Positions 31,429 through 40,698 of a DNA stretch of 64,000 nucleotides are shown one piece after another. Numbering within the stretch: the stretch's first letter is position 1; each line of letters starts with the position of its first letter. Under the pieces are notes generated by a model that saw only the letters and a list, made by a program, of their open reading frames with translations, was not told the DNA's origin and did no database searches. The stretch lies in the NCBI GenBank assembly GCA_963597615.1, contig CAVBQS010000040.1, positions 7,366 through 71,365 of the forward strand, in the 5' to 3' direction. The stretch comes from Bacteroidaceae bacterium. GTDB taxonomy: Bacteria; Bacillota; Clostridia; Lachnospirales; Lachnospiraceae. A program made the translations under genes and the position numbers.

Positions 31429-32223
31429 ATGATTTTAGACCAACTGGCAGCTTATGCCAAAACTAGAGTACAAAAGGCCCAGCACAAAGTTCCTTTTTCA
31501 GAGATTCGAAGGCAGGCCCTTCTTATGAATCTGGACACAGGCTTCCCGGTGGAGCAGGCCTTAAAGGAAGAAGGAATTCACTATATCTGCGAGGTGAAAA
31601 AAGCCTCCCCTTCCAAGGGACTTATAGCAAAAGATTTCCCTTATCTTCAAATTGCAAAGGACTATGAGGAGGCAGGAGCTACCATGATTTCCTGCCTGAC
31701 AGAGCCTAAGTGGTTTAAGGGAAGGGATGAATATTTACAGGAAATTGCAAAAAATGTAAAGATTCCGGTACTTCGAAAAGATTTTACCGTAGATGAGTAT
31801 CAGATTTATGAGGCCAAGGTTTTAGGAGCTTCCTGCGTCCTTTTGATCTGTGCCATCTTAGATACAGATACTATTAAAAGATACTTAAAAATCTGCCATA
31901 AGTTGGGGCTTTCTGCTATTGTGGAGGTTCATGATGAAAAAGAAATGGAATCGGCCGTCCAGGCAGGAGCCAGAATCATCGGAGTGAACAACCGCAATCT
32001 AAAGGATTTTACCGTAGATATCAATAACAGTATTAGGCTTCGAAGCCTGGCTCCAAAAGAGATTTTATTTATTGCAGAAAGTGGAATTAAAACCACAGAG
32101 GATATCCAGGTCTTAAAAGAAGCCAAGGTTAATGGGGCTTTGATCGGAGAGACCTTAATGCGAAGTCCTGATAAAAAAGCCATGCTGGAAGAATTAAATG
32201 GAGCAAAATTATGTGTAAAATAA
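31429..32223 (+). CDS. trpC: indole-3-glycerol phosphate synthase
   Basis: 264 aa with ICEVKKASPSKG, LRKDF and GVNNRNL motifs. Confidence 0.92.
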   Translation: MILDQLAAYAKTRVQKAQHKVPFSEIRRQALLMNLDTGFPVEQALKEEGIHYICEVKKASPSKGLIAKDFPYLQIAKDYEEAGATMISCLTEPKWFKGRDEYLQEIAKNVKIPVLRKDFTVDEYQIYEAKVLGASCVLLICAILDTDTIKRYLKICHKLGLSAIVEVHDEKEMESAVQAGARIIGVNNRNLKDFTVDINNSIRLRSLAPKEILFIAESGIKTTEDIQVLKEAKVNGALIGETLMRSPDKKAMLEELNGAKLCVK

Positions 32224-32849
32224 AAATCTGCGGCTTAAAGCGCCCGGAAGATATAAAAATGGTAAACGACTATGAGCCGGATTTTGGCGGTTTTGTCTTT
32301 GCAGGGACCAAGCGAAAAATTGATTTTGATACAGCCAAAAACTTAAGAGCTCTTATGGACCCGCAGATTCCGGCAGTAGGAGTTTTTGTAAATGAAAAGA
32401 TAGAATTGATTGAAGCCTTGTGTAGAGAAAATATTATCCAGCTGGTGCAGCTTCACGGAGATGAGGATGAAGCCTATATTAGGACCTTGAAAGAAAAAGT
32501 CAGCCTTCCCTTGATTAAGGCAGTTCGGGTTAAGAATCAAGAACAAATTTTGGAGGCCCAAAAACTTCCTGTGGATTATTTGCTTTTAGATACCTATGTG
32601 GGGGGAGCTTACGGCGGCAGTGGGGTGACTTTTGATAAAAACCTGATTCCGAAGCTTACCAAACCTTATTTTCTGGCAGGAGGATTAGCTACAGAAAATA
32701 TCTTAGAGAGAATCGAAGGCCTCACACCTTACGGGGTAGATGTAAGCAGTGGAGTGGAGACTGATGGCTTTAAGGATGAAGAAAAAGTGGATGCATTTAT
32801 TTACAAGATTCGAGGACACAGAAGCAATGAGCGGCTGCTTTTTATGTAA
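32211..32849 (+). CDS. trpF: phosphoribosylanthranilate isomerase
   Basis: 212 aa with KICGL, LVQLHGDE and AGGL motifs. It overlaps trpC by 13 nt. Confidence 0.9.
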   Translation: MCKIKICGLKRPEDIKMVNDYEPDFGGFVFAGTKRKIDFDTAKNLRALMDPQIPAVGVFVNEKIELIEALCRENIIQLVQLHGDEDEAYIRTLKEKVSLPLIKAVRVKNQEQILEAQKLPVDYLLLDTYVGGAYGGSGVTFDKNLIPKLTKPYFLAGGLATENILERIEGLTPYGVDVSSGVETDGFKDEEKVDAFIYKIRGHRSNERLLFM

Positions 32850-32899
32850 TAGTGCAAGAGAAAGATTGTTAAATAGACATTGAGAAAGGATCATAAGAA

Positions 32900-34084
32900 A
32901 TGAGCAAAGGAAGATATGGACAATACGGTGGCCAGTATGTCCCAGAGACTTTAATGAATGCGGTGGGAGAACTGGAGGAAGCCTACGAAAAATATAAAAA
33001 AGACCCAGAATTTATGGCAGAGCTAGATGACCTTTATAAGAATTATGCAGGCCGTCCATCTCTTTTATATGAAGCAAAGAAGATGACAAAGGACCTGGGA
33101 GGGGCAAAAATTTATTTAAAACGTGAGGATTTAAATCACACAGGAGCCCACAAGATCAATAACGTATTAGGCCAGGTGCTTTTGGCCAAGAAAATGGGAA
33201 AGACCCGGGTAATTGCAGAGACCGGAGCCGGCCAGCACGGTGTTGCTACAGCTACGGCAGCAGCCCTTATGGATATGGAATGTGAAATTTACATGGGAAA
33301 AGAGGATACGGTTCGTCAGGCTTTAAATGTTTATCGAATGGAGCTTTTAGGAGCCAAGGTTCATGCAGTAACCAGTGGAACCATGACCTTAAAAGATGCG
33401 GTAAATGAGGCCATGAGAGAGTGGGCAAACCGTATGGATGATACTTTATATGTATTAGGTTCTGTAATGGGTCCCCATCCATTCCCAATGATCGTCAGGG
33501 ATTTCCAGAAAATTATTGGTGAGGAGATTAAGGAGCAGATTTTAGAAAAAGAAGGCAGACTTCCAGATGCAGTAATCGCCTGCGTAGGTGGTGGCAGCAA
33601 TGCCATTGGGGCTTTCTATGAATTTATTCCAGATGAAAGCGTTCGCCTCATTGGTTGTGAGGCAGCAGGCCTTGGGGTTGACACTGAAAAACATGCAGCT
33701 ACCATTGCCAGAGGTTCCCAGGGAATCTTCCACGGTATGAAGTCCTTATTCTGTCAAAATGAGTATGGACAGATTGCCCTGGTATATTCTATTTCCGCAG
33801 GTCTTGACTATCCGGGAATTGGACCGGAACATGCAAATTTGGCAGAAACTGGACGGGCAGAATATGTGCCAATTACCGATGATGAGGCGGTAGATGCCTT
33901 TGAATATTTGTCAAAAACAGAGGGAATCATTCCTGCCATTGAGAGTGCACACGCCATTGCTTATGCAAAGAAGTTAGCTCCTACCATGGACAAGGATCAG
34001 ATTATTGTAGTAAATGTTTCCGGCCGTGGAGACAAAGACGTAGCAGCAATTGCAAGATACAGAGGGGTGGATATCTATGAGTAA
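32900..34084 (+). CDS. trpB: tryptophan synthase beta chain
   Basis: 394 aa with the PLP-lysine motif [21 protein letters not shown] and GGGSNAIG. Confidence 0.95.
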   Translation: MSKGRYGQYGGQYVPETLMNAVGELEEAYEKYKKDPEFMAELDDLYKNYAGRPSLLYEAKKMTKDLGGAKIYLKREDLNHTGAHKINNVLGQVLLAKKMGKTRVIAETGAGQHGVATATAAALMDMECEIYMGKEDTVRQALNVYRMELLGAKVHAVTSGTMTLKDAVNEAMREWANRMDDTLYVLGSVMGPHPFPMIVRDFQKIIGEEIKEQILEKEGRLPDAVIACVGGGSNAIGAFYEFIPDESVRLIGCEAAGLGVDTEKHAATIARGSQGIFHGMKSLFCQNEYGQIALVYSISAGLDYPGIGPEHANLAETGRAEYVPITDDEAVDAFEYLSKTEGIIPAIESAHAIAYAKKLAPTMDKDQIIVVNVSGRGDKDVAAIARYRGVDIYE

Positions 34085-34853
34085 AATAAGGGAAGCATTT
34101 AAAAATAAAAAAGCATTTATTCCATTTGTCACAGGAGGAGACCCTTCTTTAGATTTGACAAAAGACCTGATTATTGCCATGGAAAAGGCTGGGGCTAGTT
34201 TGATAGAGATTGGCATTCCTTTCTCAGATCCCATTGCTGAAGGGGTGGTAATCCAGGAGGCAGATGAAAGATCTCTGGCAGCAGGAACTACAACAGACAA
34301 GCTTTTTGACATGGTAAAAGAAGTTCGTGAAACTGTAAAAATTCCCTTGGTATTTATGACTTATGTAAATCCAGTATTCACCTATGGAAAAGATAGATTT
34401 ATGGAAAAATGTGCAGAGTGTGGCATTGATGGGGTCATTGTTCCTGACGTGCCTTTTGAGGAGCGGATGGAGCTTCTTCCTAGTTGCGAGAAATATGGCA
34501 TTGACTTAATTTCCATGATTGCCCCTACCTCTGATGATAGAATCCAGGCCATTGCAAAAGAGGCTCAGGGATTTATTTACTGTGTTTCATCCCTGGGGGT
34601 TACCGGTGTCAGAAAAGAAATTAATACAGATATTGGGACCATGGTGGAGCAGGTAAAAGCTGTGGCCGACGTTCCTGTGGCAGTAGGATTTGGAATCTCT
34701 ACTCCGGACCAGGCAAGGAAAATGGCAGGCCTTTCTGACGGAGCCATTGTAGGATCTGCCATTGTAAAAATCGTGGCAGAACATGGAAAAGAGGCAGTGC
34801 CTTATGTGATAGACTATGTGAAAAATATGGTAGCTGCAGTGGCAGAGGCTTGA
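34077..34853 (+). CDS. trpA: tryptophan synthase alpha chain
   Basis: 258 aa ([24 protein letters not shown]). Start moved to ATG 34077, which overlaps the trpB stop by 8 nt. The track start at 34050 has no support. Confidence 0.92.
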   Translation: MSKIREAFKNKKAFIPFVTGGDPSLDLTKDLIIAMEKAGASLIEIGIPFSDPIAEGVVIQEADERSLAAGTTTDKLFDMVKEVRETVKIPLVFMTYVNPVFTYGKDRFMEKCAECGIDGVIVPDVPFEERMELLPSCEKYGIDLISMIAPTSDDRIQAIAKEAQGFIYCVSSLGVTGVRKEINTDIGTMVEQVKAVADVPVAVGFGISTPDQARKMAGLSDGAIVGSAIVKIVAEHGKEAVPYVIDYVKNMVAAVAEA

Positions 34854-35037
34854 AAATAGCCCTAAGAAGATTTTCTTCGTATTATAGAGTGTTATAGAAT
34901 AGATGGAGTCCCGGGGGAGTCTTTGTTGACGGTTATGAGGCTTTGTATTATTATGAACATGACTTCTGAAGGACATTTTAAGAAAATTTAAGAAGGAATC
35001 TATCAGTTGTAAAAATAAAACAGGAGGAAATCATCGC

Positions 35038-35727
35038 ATGAAAATTTGTAAAAATTGTGGTGCGTCCATTGCAGATGAGGCAATGTTTTGCACCCAGTGT
35101 GGGGCAAAGTTTGAGGCCTTAAATGAGTCGGTGCAGGAAGAGACATCGGCGACTGAGGCTCTTAAGACGGAAGTGACCACAGAAAATCAACAGCAGTCAG
35201 AGAAAGAGGGCACACAGGGCCAGGCTCCAAATAATGAAGCGGGTGCCTATGCCTATGGCCAACAACAAAATTTTAACCAGGAAAATTATAATCAGCAGAA
35301 TTTTAACCAGCAAAATTATAATCAGGGGGGATATAACCAGGGCCCTTACGGTGGATACCAGCAGTATTATACCCAGACAAATCCTTATGATCACACATCT
35401 GAATTTTCAGCAAAGGATGTATCGGATAATAAGGTCATTGCTATGATGCTATATCTTACCAGCTTCTTAGGAGTTTTTGTGGCCTTGCTTGCGGCTCCGG
35501 ATTCTCCGTATTTGAAGTTCCATGTAAGACAGGCCATTAAATTTATTGTAGTAGATACCTTGGTAGGAATCATTGGAGCAGTCTTGTTCTTCACCTTTAT
35601 TATTCCGGTTTTGGCTGCGATCTTTGTATTCGTAATGTGGATCTGTAAGATTATTACATTCTTCTCAATTTGCGGTGGCAAATCAGTAGAACCAGTGATT
35701 ATCCGTCATTTCGGATTCTTAAGATAA
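35038..35727 (+). CDS. zinc-ribbon / Q,N-rich linker / DUF4870-like membrane protein
   Basis: N-terminal CKNCG...CTQCG zinc ribbon. ~60-aa Q/N/Y-rich low-complexity segment (QQQNFNQENYNQQNFNQQNYNQGGYNQGPYGGYQQYY). The C-terminal 3-TM domain has the HVRQA motif seen in DUF4870-type proteins. Confidence 0.7.
   Translation: MKICKNCGASIADEAMFCTQCGAKFEALNESVQEETSATEALKTEVTTENQQQSEKEGTQGQAPNNEAGAYAYGQQQNFNQENYNQQNFNQQNYNQGGYNQGPYGGYQQYYTQTNPYDHTSEFSAKDVSDNKVIAMMLYLTSFLGVFVALLAAPDSPYLKFHVRQAIKFIVVDTLVGIIGAVLFFTFIIPVLAAIFVFVMWICKIITFFSICGGKSVEPVIIRHFGFLR
35269..35328 (+). repeat. 2 x 30-nt tandem repeat inside the Q/N-rich coding segment
   Basis: AATTTTAACCAGGAAAATTATAATCAGCAG / AATTTTAACCAGCAAAATTATAATCAGGGG, encoding NFNQENYNQQ / NFNQQNYNQG. 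Confidence 0.85.
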
Positions 35728-35742
35728 TTGGGATGATTTTAA

Positions 35743-36732
35743 ATGATTACATTAAATGATTACTTATATTCCGGAGATACGGTGCTTAAGATCTTGCAGC
35801 GTTATTATAAGGATTTAAGCAAAGAAGCCAAGAAAAATCAAAATGAAATCGACCGGATTCATTGTAATTTTCTGCTTCAGATTCAGGAGCTTTTGCAGCA
35901 CAATGACTTCTTAACAGCCCAGTCTCAGAAAATGAGGGAATTTTATAAATATATGGCAAAGGAGTATCCCTTCCTAGCCTTTACCTTCAAAGGAAGGATA
36001 AAATCCCTTATACGGGCCGAGGCCAAATTCAATGGTTACATTGTGGAGTATATCTACAATTACTACAAGGAATATGGAACCTATCCTACAGTGGCAGAGC
36101 TTAAACAGCGCCTTAGTTGCTTTAGGGACCTGGTAGCTTACCGAATTGTAGTGGCCATGCCCAAGTGCCATTTAAAGCCCGGACAGGATATTAAAGAAGA
36201 GGAGCTAAAATACCTCTATGAGATTGCCAATGCCCTGCCGGCCTTTTTGGAAGAACATGGCTTTACAGCGGAGCCTGCAAATGGAGTCTGTGAAAGTGGG
36301 TCCCCTCTTATGGCAGAGGAAGTAAGACCCTATTACAGGGACTATATTTGGAACAATGATAAGGGAGATTACCAGTCTCTACATGTAACTTTTTATGACA
36401 ATAGCTCCAGGTGCTTTACAGAAGTACAGCTTCGCACTAAGGCTATGGATGATACCGCGGAGATTGGAGCTGCCAACCATCTAGGATATGAGAAAGCCCA
36501 GGAAAAAGAGCGGGCCAGAAGAGATGCCATTCCTGTAGGAGCAAGTATATACTTTGATGAAGCCTATGAGAGGGTAAGAAAGATTGCTGCATTGGAACTA
36601 TCTGAACTGGATGTTAATATGTTTGGAGCGGTGAATAATAGTCTGATCAATGATGGATGTGGCTTGTACAGGGGAAGGCTGATCTTGCCATATGAGCATT
36701 TGTCTAGTTTTCAGAATGATTTGATCGATTAA
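35743..36732 (+). CDS. divergent RelA/SpoT-domain (alarmone-synthetase-fold) protein, 329 aa
   Basis: Synthetase-fold motifs in order: G84-RIKS, D129-LVAYRIVV, Y210-QSLH and E227-VQLRT...H246. It has extra ~80-aa N-terminal and ~70-aa C-terminal regions. The usual AMDxWAxxEH block is replaced by AMDDTAEIGAANH. It starts 15 nt after the upstream membrane-protein gene. Confidence 0.7.
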   Translation: MITLNDYLYSGDTVLKILQRYYKDLSKEAKKNQNEIDRIHCNFLLQIQELLQHNDFLTAQSQKMREFYKYMAKEYPFLAFTFKGRIKSLIRAEAKFNGYIVEYIYNYYKEYGTYPTVAELKQRLSCFRDLVAYRIVVAMPKCHLKPGQDIKEEELKYLYEIANALPAFLEEHGFTAEPANGVCESGSPLMAEEVRPYYRDYIWNNDKGDYQSLHVTFYDNSSRCFTEVQLRTKAMDDTAEIGAANHLGYEKAQEKERARRDAIPVGASIYFDEAYERVRKIAALELSELDVNMFGAVNNSLINDGCGLYRGRLILPYEHLSSFQNDLID

Positions 36733-36830
36733 ATGATTAATTAAAGTATATTTAGGTGTGTGCGAAACCGAGAGACTTCCTTTCGTGGATTGGAGGCAAT
36801 ACTCCTTAATTTACATTAATGAAAAAAGGG

Positions 36831-36880
36831 AGAGGGTCTGTGAAAAACTTGCGTTTTTTTCAGGCCCTCTTTGTTGTTTT
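36831..36880. terminator. bidirectional terminator between the two convergent RelA/SpoT-domain genes
   Basis: AGAGGGTCTGTGAAAAAC-TTGC-GTTTTTTTCAGGCCCTCT (15/18 paired). It is flanked by an A-run upstream and TTGTTGTTTT downstream. Confidence 0.75.
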
Positions 36881-36885
36881 GGACT

Positions 36886-37626
36886 TTATTCGAAACTATA
36901 GTCTACGACTTTGTATTTTTCGATTTTGTTTCTTAGTTTTAGCATTCTTGCGTCTAGTTTGGCGATGTCTTCGGCTGCTTTGGCTAGTTCCTCGGCGATT
37001 TTTTCGCAGTCGTCTACGTCTCGTTTGTAGAAGAGCTGATAATCTAGTATGGACCAGTAGTCCATGGCTGTGGTGCGAAATTGGATTTCTACCCGTTCTT
37101 TCTGATAGGATTTCCCGAAGTAGATGGGGATATCGATAATCAGGTGCAGGCTTTTGTATCCGTTTTTCTTGGGGTGCTTTATGTAATCTTTTTCTTTGAT
37201 GACTTCAATATCTCCCTGGGCCTTTAGCTTGCCTGCTACTTCATAGACTTCATCTTCAAAGGGGCATACTACCCGGATTCCGATTAGATCGTTGAGATTT
37301 TTTTGAGCTGTTTCGAAATCGGTAGATAAGTCTTTTCGGACTAATTTGTTGTAAATACTTTCCGGAGTCTTGATCCTGCTGCTTAATTGATTCACAACTG
37401 TGCGGCCTTTTTCCTTAGATAATTCAGCGTCGATCATAGCTAGCTTAGCTAACAAAATATCAATGGCGCACTGACTTTTTAGCTGGTAGCTGGAGTCATA
37501 GACACACTTACTGATCTTGTTAATGGCTTTCTGAGATCCGACAAAATTTTTATAGCGTCGTTTGAATTTTGATTTAACATTAGGTGTTTCCTGCTCTTTG
37601 TTTTTTTCTCTATGTTTCTTGGTCAC
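36886..37626 (-). CDS. small alarmone synthetase (RelP/RelQ-type GTP pyrophosphokinase)
   Basis: SSRIKTPESIYNKL, DLIGIRVVC, GYKSLHLII and VEIQFRTTAMDYWS motifs, about 246 aa. The probable GTG start at 37626 follows GGGAGGGG; the track's TTG start at 37641 lies inside that RBS. Confidence 0.85.
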   Translation of the reverse strand: MTKKHREKNKEQETPNVKSKFKRRYKNFVGSQKAINKISKCVYDSSYQLKSQCAIDILLAKLAMIDAELSKEKGRTVVNQLSSRIKTPESIYNKLVRKDLSTDFETAQKNLNDLIGIRVVCPFEDEVYEVAGKLKAQGDIEVIKEKDYIKHPKKNGYKSLHLIIDIPIYFGKSYQKERVEIQFRTTAMDYWSILDYQLFYKRDVDDCEKIAEELAKAAEDIAKLDARMLKLRNKIEKYKVVDYSFE

Positions 37627-37809
37627 AAAAACCCCTCCCAACTTAAATAAATACCTAGTGCTATTATACTTCTGCTACACTAGACATTACCAGTAAAATT
37701 ATGGTAAATTCTACTTGAGTTATATATGGGTAATTGCCCCCTTGCGCAATCCGGGCTAGATTCTTGAGGGTGCAAATATATATCCTAAATGGAGATAAGG
37801 AGGAGAATC

Positions 37810-38118
37810 ATGGCAGTAGTACATGTAACAAAAGATAATTTCAAGGAAGAGGTTTTGGAAGCTAAGGTGCCGGTGTTGGTGGATTTTTGGGCTACGTGGT
37901 GTGGGCCTTGCCAGATGGTGGCTCCTATTGTGGAGGAGCTTTCTGATGAACTTTCTGATGTGAAGATCTGCAAGGTGGATGTGGATGATCAGCCGGAGCT
38001 TGCAAGAGACTATCGGGTAATGTCCATCCCTATGTTTTATGTGTTTAAAGATGGTGAGGTTGCAAGCCGGGCAGTAGGAGCTCAGGAGAAGGATGAGCTG
38101 ATTGCAATGCTGAAATAA
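37810..38118 (+). CDS. trxA: thioredoxin
   Basis: 102 aa with a WCGPC active site. ATG 37810 lies behind AAGGAGGAG, and the track start adds 7 codons. Confidence 0.92.
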   Translation: MAVVHVTKDNFKEEVLEAKVPVLVDFWATWCGPCQMVAPIVEELSDELSDVKICKVDVDDQPELARDYRVMSIPMFYVFKDGEVASRAVGAQEKDELIAMLK

Positions 38119-38297
38119 ATACAATTTCTTTTTCAGGCAGAATTGACAAACAGACCTTATTGACAGATAATGTTGGGATAGATTAAAAATTAAATTCTGG
38201 ATTTTAAAATTTGAGACAGCTATTCATAGGTATGGAAAACAGTATTCTACGGATGGAATGAATAGTTGGATTTCAGTGGAAAGGCGGAAAGCGTAGG

Positions 38298-39242
38298 ATG
38301 AAAAAACGAGTGGTTGTTGCATTAGGACATAAGGCACTGGGAGTTACCATGCCGGAACAGTTGGAGGCAGTAAAAAAATCTGCCAAGGTGATTGCGGATT
38401 TGGTGGAAGCCGGCGATCAGGTGGTGATTACCCACAGTAATGCCCCTCAGGTTGGTATGATCCATACTGCAATGAATGAATTTGCTAAGATGCATGAAGA
38501 TTATACCGTAGCCCCTATGTCTGTGTGCTCGGCTATGAGCCAGGGCTATATTGGCTATGATCTTCAGAATGCCATCAGAGAAGAACTGATGGATAGAGGT
38601 ATTTACCGCACCGTAAGTACTATCTTGACTCAGGTGGTGGTAGATCCTTACGATGAGGCGTTCTATACTCCTACCAAGGTTTTAGGTCGTTACATGAATG
38701 CAGAAGAGGCGGCTATGGAGCGCAAAAAAGGTAATTATGTGGTGGAGGAGCCGGGAAAAGGCTTCCGCCGTATCGTTTCTGCTCCAAACCCGGTACGTAT
38801 TGTAGAGATTGACGCAGTGAAGGCCCTCTTAGACGCAGATCAAGTCGTAATTGCCTGCGGTGGTGGTGGAATACCGGTACTTGAGCAGGACAATCACTTA
38901 AAGGGAGCCAGCGCTGTTATTGAAAAAGACCTTACAGCAGGAAAGTTAGCAGAAGAGGTAGATGCAGATGAGCTTATCATGCTAACCAGCGTAGAGAAGG
39001 TTAAAATCAACATGGACCGCCCGGAAGAAGAAGACCTTGGAGAAATTAGCTTAAAAGAGGCTAAAAAATATATGGAAGAAGGCCACTTTGGAATCTACAA
39101 CATGCTTCCAAAATTTAGCGCATCTGTATCCTTCGTAGAAAAAAGAGAAGGAAGAAGCGCCCTCATTACATCCTTCGAGTGCCTAAAAGACGCAAGAAAA
39201 GGCAAAACCGGCACCCGAATCATCACAGAAAAAGAAAACTAA
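38298..39242 (+). CDS. carbamate kinase-like protein (divergent glycine loops)
   Basis: 314 aa, collinear with carbamate kinases (VVVALG..., ILTQVVVDP, ACGGGGIPV, AVIEKD). The expected ALGGNA and HGNGPQVG loops read ALGHKA and HSNAPQVG. Confidence 0.7.
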   Translation: MKKRVVVALGHKALGVTMPEQLEAVKKSAKVIADLVEAGDQVVITHSNAPQVGMIHTAMNEFAKMHEDYTVAPMSVCSAMSQGYIGYDLQNAIREELMDRGIYRTVSTILTQVVVDPYDEAFYTPTKVLGRYMNAEEAAMERKKGNYVVEEPGKGFRRIVSAPNPVRIVEIDAVKALLDADQVVIACGGGGIPVLEQDNHLKGASAVIEKDLTAGKLAEEVDADELIMLTSVEKVKINMDRPEEEDLGEISLKEAKKYMEEGHFGIYNMLPKFSASVSFVEKREGRSALITSFECLKDARKGKTGTRIITEKEN

Positions 39243-39259
39243 AAAAGACTAGAGAAAAA

Positions 39260-39298
39260 AAGGAATGGGTATAAAACTTCCCATTCCTTTTTAGTTTT
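39260..39298 (+). terminator. rho-independent terminator after the carbamate-kinase-like gene
   Basis: AAGGAATGGG-N10-CCCATTCCTT followed by a T-run. Confidence 0.8.
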
Positions 39299-39355
39299 AT
39301 CTTATTTGCAAACAAAGATAAACTGTGTCTTTTTTGTGTTCTTTCCCTCAGAAAA

Positions 39356-39384
39356 TTGACTTATCTCCTTGCAAAAGATATACT
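39356..39384 (+). promoter_or_regulatory. sigmaA-type promoter upstream of nrdR
   Basis: TTGACT (39356-39361), a 17-nt spacer and TATACT (39379-39384). Confidence 0.6.
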
Positions 39385-39425
39385 ATTTGTGTTATAGACA
39401 AAAATTTTCGAAAGGATACCACCAG

Positions 39426-39875
39426 ATGAAGTGCCCTTATTGTAGTCATCCAGATACAAAAGTCATCGATTCCCGTCCCAACGATGAGGGAACCGCTATT
39501 CGAAGACGCAGATCCTGTGATTTTTGTGGGAAGCGTTTTACTACCTATGAGAAGGTTGAGACTATTCCCCTTTCCATTATTAAGAAGGATAACACAAGAG
39601 AAAAATATAACAGAAGTAAGATTGAGAATGGTATCTTAAGGGCATGTTATAAAAGACCGGTATCCACCGATGCGGTGAAGGAAGTTATTGACCGCATTGA
39701 GACCTGTATATATAGACAAGAAGAGAAGGAAATCCCCAGCAGTCTTGTGGGAGAGATTGTTATGGAGGAATTAAAGAATTTAGACGAGGTAGCCTATGTG
39801 CGCTTTGCCTCTGTTTATCGTGAGTTCAAAGATGTGAATACATTTATGGATGAACTTAAGAAAATTTTAGAGTAG
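39426..39875 (+). CDS. nrdR: transcriptional repressor NrdR
   Basis: 149 aa. N-terminal zinc ribbon MKCPYC...CDFCGKRFTTYE plus an ATP-cone. Start moved to ATG 39426. Confidence 0.92.
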   Translation: MKCPYCSHPDTKVIDSRPNDEGTAIRRRRSCDFCGKRFTTYEKVETIPLSIIKKDNTREKYNRSKIENGILRACYKRPVSTDAVKEVIDRIETCIYRQEEKEIPSSLVGEIVMEELKNLDEVAYVRFASVYREFKDVNTFMDELKKILE

Positions 39876-39912
39876 ATATGCATTGAGTTTTGAATATAAG
39901 GATTGATGTTGG

Positions 39913-40647
39913 ATGAGAACATATAAATTGACCATTTCCTATGATGGTAGCAGATACCAGGGATGGCAGCGTCAGGCAACCACTGACAATACCATCCAGT
40001 TTATTTTAGAGTGGAGTATTAGTAAGCTTGTAGGTTATAAGGTTCAGGTAGATGGCTCCGGCCGCACTGATGCGGGAGTTCATGCCAGAGGCCAGGTGGC
40101 CAGTGTACGCCTTTCCAGATTGTATGATGTGAGAGAATTTAGGGATTCTTTGAACCGTTATTTGCCGGAGGACATTCGTATTCAGAAGGTAGAACTTGTG
40201 CGCAACGGCTTTCATGCCAGAAAGAGTGCTAAGGGAAAGAAGTACGAGTATTATATCGATTGTAGGGAGAAGCCGGATGTGTTTTCTAGAAGATATTGCT
40301 ATCACTATCCGGAGAAGTTAGATATAGAGGCCATGAGGAATGCAGTGCCTTATCTCATTGGGCCAAAGAATTTTACCAGTTTTACAGATGATAAGGATTG
40401 CAAGGATCCTGTTCGAAAAATCACCAATATTAAGATTGTAAGTAACGGTGAGAAGGTTCGAATTACCTATTATGGTACGGGATTTTTATACCATATGGTG
40501 CGGATTCTCACAGGAACCCTTTTGGAGATTGGAACTGGCAAGCGGGATGCTGCCATGTTACCTGTAGTAATCGCTGCGGAGGATCGAAGTCTTGCAGGAT
40601 TCTTAGCCCCGGCCAGAGGCTTGTTTTTAAGAAAGGTATACTATTAA
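39913..40647 (+). CDS. tRNA pseudouridine synthase A family protein (paralog 1)
   Basis: 244 aa with YDGSRYQGWQRQ and the catalytic GRTDAGVHA motif. A second truA lies at 49057. Confidence 0.85.
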   Translation: MRTYKLTISYDGSRYQGWQRQATTDNTIQFILEWSISKLVGYKVQVDGSGRTDAGVHARGQVASVRLSRLYDVREFRDSLNRYLPEDIRIQKVELVRNGFHARKSAKGKKYEYYIDCREKPDVFSRRYCYHYPEKLDIEAMRNAVPYLIGPKNFTSFTDDKDCKDPVRKITNIKIVSNGEKVRITYYGTGFLYHMVRILTGTLLEIGTGKRDAAMLPVVIAAEDRSLAGFLAPARGLFLRKVYY

Positions 40648-40698
40648 CATAGGAATCAGATCGCTGCTTAGTGGTTAAGATTTATGAGGAAGTAAAGA

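Noticed and set aside
36819-37139. 106-aa plus-strand ORF (Arg/Leu/Phe-rich) and the 122-aa minus-strand ORF at 37756-38124
   Set aside because: They are antisense to the well-supported SAS and trxA genes. Their biased composition is typical of antisense frames.
38220-38265. Hairpin CTATTCAT-N30-ATGAATAG upstream of the carbamate-kinase-like gene, considered as a purine or other small riboswitch
   Set aside because: The interior is only 30 nt and lacks the conserved junction sequences of purine, preQ1 or guanidine classes.
39375-39395. NrdR-box-like sequence overlapping the nrdR promoter (GATATACTATTTGTGTTAT)
   Set aside because: Only the right half (TTGTGT) matches the 16-bp NrdR palindrome and the left half does not.
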